Below are positions 27,450-30,843 of a DNA stretch of 30,843 nt, piece after piece. The DNA is from Vulcanisaeta sp. AZ3 (GTDB lineage: Archaea > Thermoproteota > Thermoprotei > Thermoproteales > Thermocladiaceae). The stretch covers positions 1 through 30,843 of the forward strand of contig JZWU02000019.1 in the NCBI GenBank assembly GCA_000960865.2. The letters are read 5' to 3'. Under the pieces are notes generated by a model. That model did no database searches, had not been told where the DNA came from, and saw nothing but the letters and a program-made list of their open reading frames with translations. Position 1 is the stretch's first letter. The number at the start of each line of letters is the position of its first letter. The translations under genes were made by a program, and so were the position numbers.

Positions 27450-30400
27450 ATGAATAAACCCAAAACCCATACCGGGATAACTACAAAACTACTCCCACTA
27501 CTACTAATAATAAGTATAATAGGTATAGTAGGAGCACTAGGGCACCCAGCCCTAGCACAAACAACCGGACCATACGGACCAACAAAAGTACCAATACCAC
27601 CAGTAACATACACCTACACCCTATACTGGAACCTAACAGACGCAAGACTAACAATGACAGCAAGTTTACCATCAGGAACAGCAGGTGACGTATATAAATA
27701 TTTAATAAATAATATGGTTCCTTGGTACTTCACAGCAAGCGAAAGCTTCACAATATACGTAATTAACGCCACAGATGTACACTACATAACAAGCAGTGGA
27801 ACCCAACTCGGCAGCCCCATATCCATGACAGCCACAGCAACAACAAACTCCACAGGCGGCATAACCTGGACCCTAAGCACAACACTACCAGGCACAGTAT
27901 CTCCCAACAATGTTTACGCTAGTTGGACAGTAGCCATAGTACTTAATAACTATGGAGGAGCAAACTGGTTAGTATTCAACGTAACAACCACAAACATGAG
28001 CTTAAAAGATCTAATGGGCAACCTAACCACAGTAAGCAATAGCAGTTACTTACTAACACCAAAAGGGAAGTATTACCTCTTCATACCCGTCCATGGCGCA
28101 GAGACATCAAAAAAAGGACTTATACGTAGTCCTACCATACCTATACTTCTTCTTCTTATACGTAGGCACAGCAACAACAAACACAACAACACCTGCACAA
28201 TTACCACCAACACCACAACTTGAGGCCTCAGTAACACTAGGCACTGGAGTTACTGTATTCGGCCCAACAACCTACAACTCCACAGTAACAAGCGCCTCAG
28301 AGAGCATTTACAGTAAGACCTACACAGGCTTCGGCCCCATTTACTACGTAACAAATGAATTCACAGGATTAAGCAATGGCCAACCAACAGTGACTGCCCA
28401 ACCAATAACAATAACAGTAAGCCTCGTCTACCCAAGCGGACAATCAGTAACACTCTATAACTACACAACAGCCACCGAAAACGTAACAACAACACCAGAA
28501 TCACTCAATGTAGCCCAAGCCTACGACTTCTACTCCAGCACGCAATATTATTTAACGGCAATTGACAATATTACAGGAACCGCTCCATCCCTAGTTGTTG
28601 GTGTTCCAATTGTTCAATTCTACATTGGTAGTGTTTATGATTTAAAGGGTAACTTAATAATACTTAGCCCAACCTCCATACCCAACGCAATACTTGCTGG
28701 TAAGCTATATGTAAAGTGGTTATTAGCCACAACACCAACAGCAACAGTAGTCAGTGAGAATTACCTACGCTACTACGAAACAACACCAGCCCCAGTACCA
28801 GTCGGCCAATTCACAGGCACAGGCCCCAAAGCACCTAAACTCACTCCACTCACAGTATCGCCTGAGTTATACATATTCTATGAGAATGAGCCGGTATTCA
28901 CAGCAACAATAAGCGTTGCTGAAGGCGTCACAAGCGTCACTATTAATGATATAACCGTGGCAGTAATGCCAGTATTCATAAACATAACCCAGTACCAACC
29001 AAGCGTTAAAGCATCAAGTCAACTACCACTAAGCCCCAACATAGCTACACAAATAACTGTGTACTACGCCTTCTCACCAACAACACCAATAATCTCAGAA
29101 ACACCACCAACAAGTGCTGTGCAGGGCACTCTCTACTATGAGTCACAAGTCTGGACTAATGAGACAATATCTGGCACAAGCTACCCAGCAACAATAGCTC
29201 AATTCCCACCATTCGTAGAGTCCTCAATATCGGGTGTATTAATAACGCCTGAGGTTAATTGGTTCCCAGCACCACCACTCACAGCCACAATAAGTGCAAC
29301 AAGTACGACTGCAACAGCAACACCACAGTACTCAGTCACATCAGAGCAGGTGTATTACTACAGTTTCTGGTTAATGTATAACGGCATGACTGTTGGTTAT
29401 GGAACATACGAATTAGGTTATAAACCTGGTGGCATACACAATGAGCAATATAAATTCAGCACACCTGAAATGCCCATATTCGATGTCTACCCAATTAGTG
29501 AGAGCAACACCACATTACTGACACTGTATGATAATGCTACTGAGTTAGCAGTAATGACACCAACTGGTGTCAAACCAAGCGGTACCATAGTATTTGCAAA
29601 CGTTACTGTGGAGAGAGCCTTCATAGCAGCAACATACACAGTCTATAACGTGCAATTCCTCAACCTATGCAATGAAACAATAACATCTGGTATAGCAACC
29701 GTTAGTGAATTAACACCAAGCGGTACCACGGTAACCCTATCACCAGTTGCACTAAGTTCCACAGCCTATGTAATGAAGATAACAGCACCCATAGCCCTAG
29801 AGATAACCTCAGTATCTGGCGTGCCGTACATAGAGACCACAACACCGGTCTTTAACTTCACATTGAATTACTACGGCTACATAATGCCGTCAGTCAGTTA
29901 CAGCACTAGGCAGCCCATGCATAATGTACCACTAAAGCCTGGCGTAATTAATGTGGTTTACTTCCCACTAATTGACATAAACATACAAGTACTAAGCAAT
30001 ACAACACCAAGCTATCCACTATTCGGCTTTGCAGTCAGTGTGTATAACTATAATGGAACCTTCGAGATGTGGCATGCCATAACAAACTCCAGCGGTTATG
30101 TATTTGTAACGAATGTACCACTAAATGCCAGTTACATAATGCCTAAGGGCAAGGCCTACGTAATGCTAAAAGTCAGGACAATAAGCCCAGCTACAGACAG
30201 CGCCTACTCCTACGCCTCAGTATCCAGCGAATATGGACAGACCTACCAAAACTATACAAAGGCTCTAGGCATACCCTCATCATACTACGCCTACACATTA
30301 GGTACTAGGGGTCCATTTGATGAGGACCTCGTGATTTACTACAAGCAATTCAGTGTACCCGTAACCACCACGTGTGGCCAGGTATTCCCCGTAACTGTGC

Positions 30401-30843
30401 CAGTTGGAACTCTACACATAGTTGTAACTGACCTAAAGGGTAATGTCTTGAGTAGTCAGCCTGTCTACCCATGCGCCACACCGAGCTACTGCCCAAGCTT
30501 CTACTACAACGTAACACTAGTACTTGATGACCAGTACAGCCCATACTACCTAGCCAGCCAGTGGGACATGTTCCCATCTTACTACCTCAACCTAACTGAC
30601 TTCAGGGTTGTTGGTATCACTTGGATGAAGCCTCAGTTCGAAGCCTTGGAGAGTACATTCCAGTCATTAATGGCCGCGGACCAGTCGGCATACCAGAGCA
30701 GTAAGATTTCCCTGCAGAAATACAGCATGTGGTATGTGGGTAACTACAGCTACTACCTACTAGCCGCAATGCTAGCTAGCTATAGCACATCATCACCATA
30801 CGCCATATTCAACTTCCCATCAATAGCGCCACACCAAGGCACA
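27450..30843 (+). CDS. Large S-layer-like/cell-surface glycoprotein, +1 frameshift near 28109-28115, 3' end outside the window
   Basis: Sec signal peptide (KLLPLLLIISIIGIVGALGHPALA-Q); first frame stops at 28223; the +1 frame is stop-free from 28057 to the window end (929 codons) with the same Thr/Tyr/Val/Pro-rich composition. Confidence 0.85.

Noticed and set aside
25000-27672. Alternative-frame and antisense ORFs (25000-25383, 25740-26231, 26463-26942, 26770-27147, 27481-27672)
   Set aside because: Expected by-products of the extreme skew, which depletes stop codons; low-complexity translations
30350-30577. 75-aa minus-strand ORF
   Set aside because: Antisense to the long open frame of the surface protein

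Overview
Archaeal chromosomal window. Gene content, leaderless TATA promoters and codon style suggest Thermoproteales, probably Vulcanisaeta-like (inference, not a database result). Most of it is housekeeping: rps4, a dispersed exosome superoperon (SBDS-rrp4, rpo12, rrp41-rrp42), NMN adenylyltransferase, deacetylase, HIT, M32 carboxypeptidase, mtnA, geranylgeranyl reductase, tbp-hjc and rps25e. Elements the ORF track misses: (1) a canonical double-guide box C/D sRNA on the minus strand after rrp42; (2) a ~260-bp degenerate IS200/IS605-like miniature element between tbp and rps25e, with both end hairpins and a probable TnpB omegaRNA-like segment but no TnpB; (3) a >1100-aa S-layer-like gene split by a +1 frameshift at an A7 tract and running off the window, preceded by a pilin-like secreted protein; (4) a second homopolymer frameshift in a HemK-type methyltransferase; (5) an extreme strand-fixed A/C versus G/T skew over about 24.2-28.5 kb that ignores gene orientation. 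No rRNA, tRNA or CRISPR array was seen.
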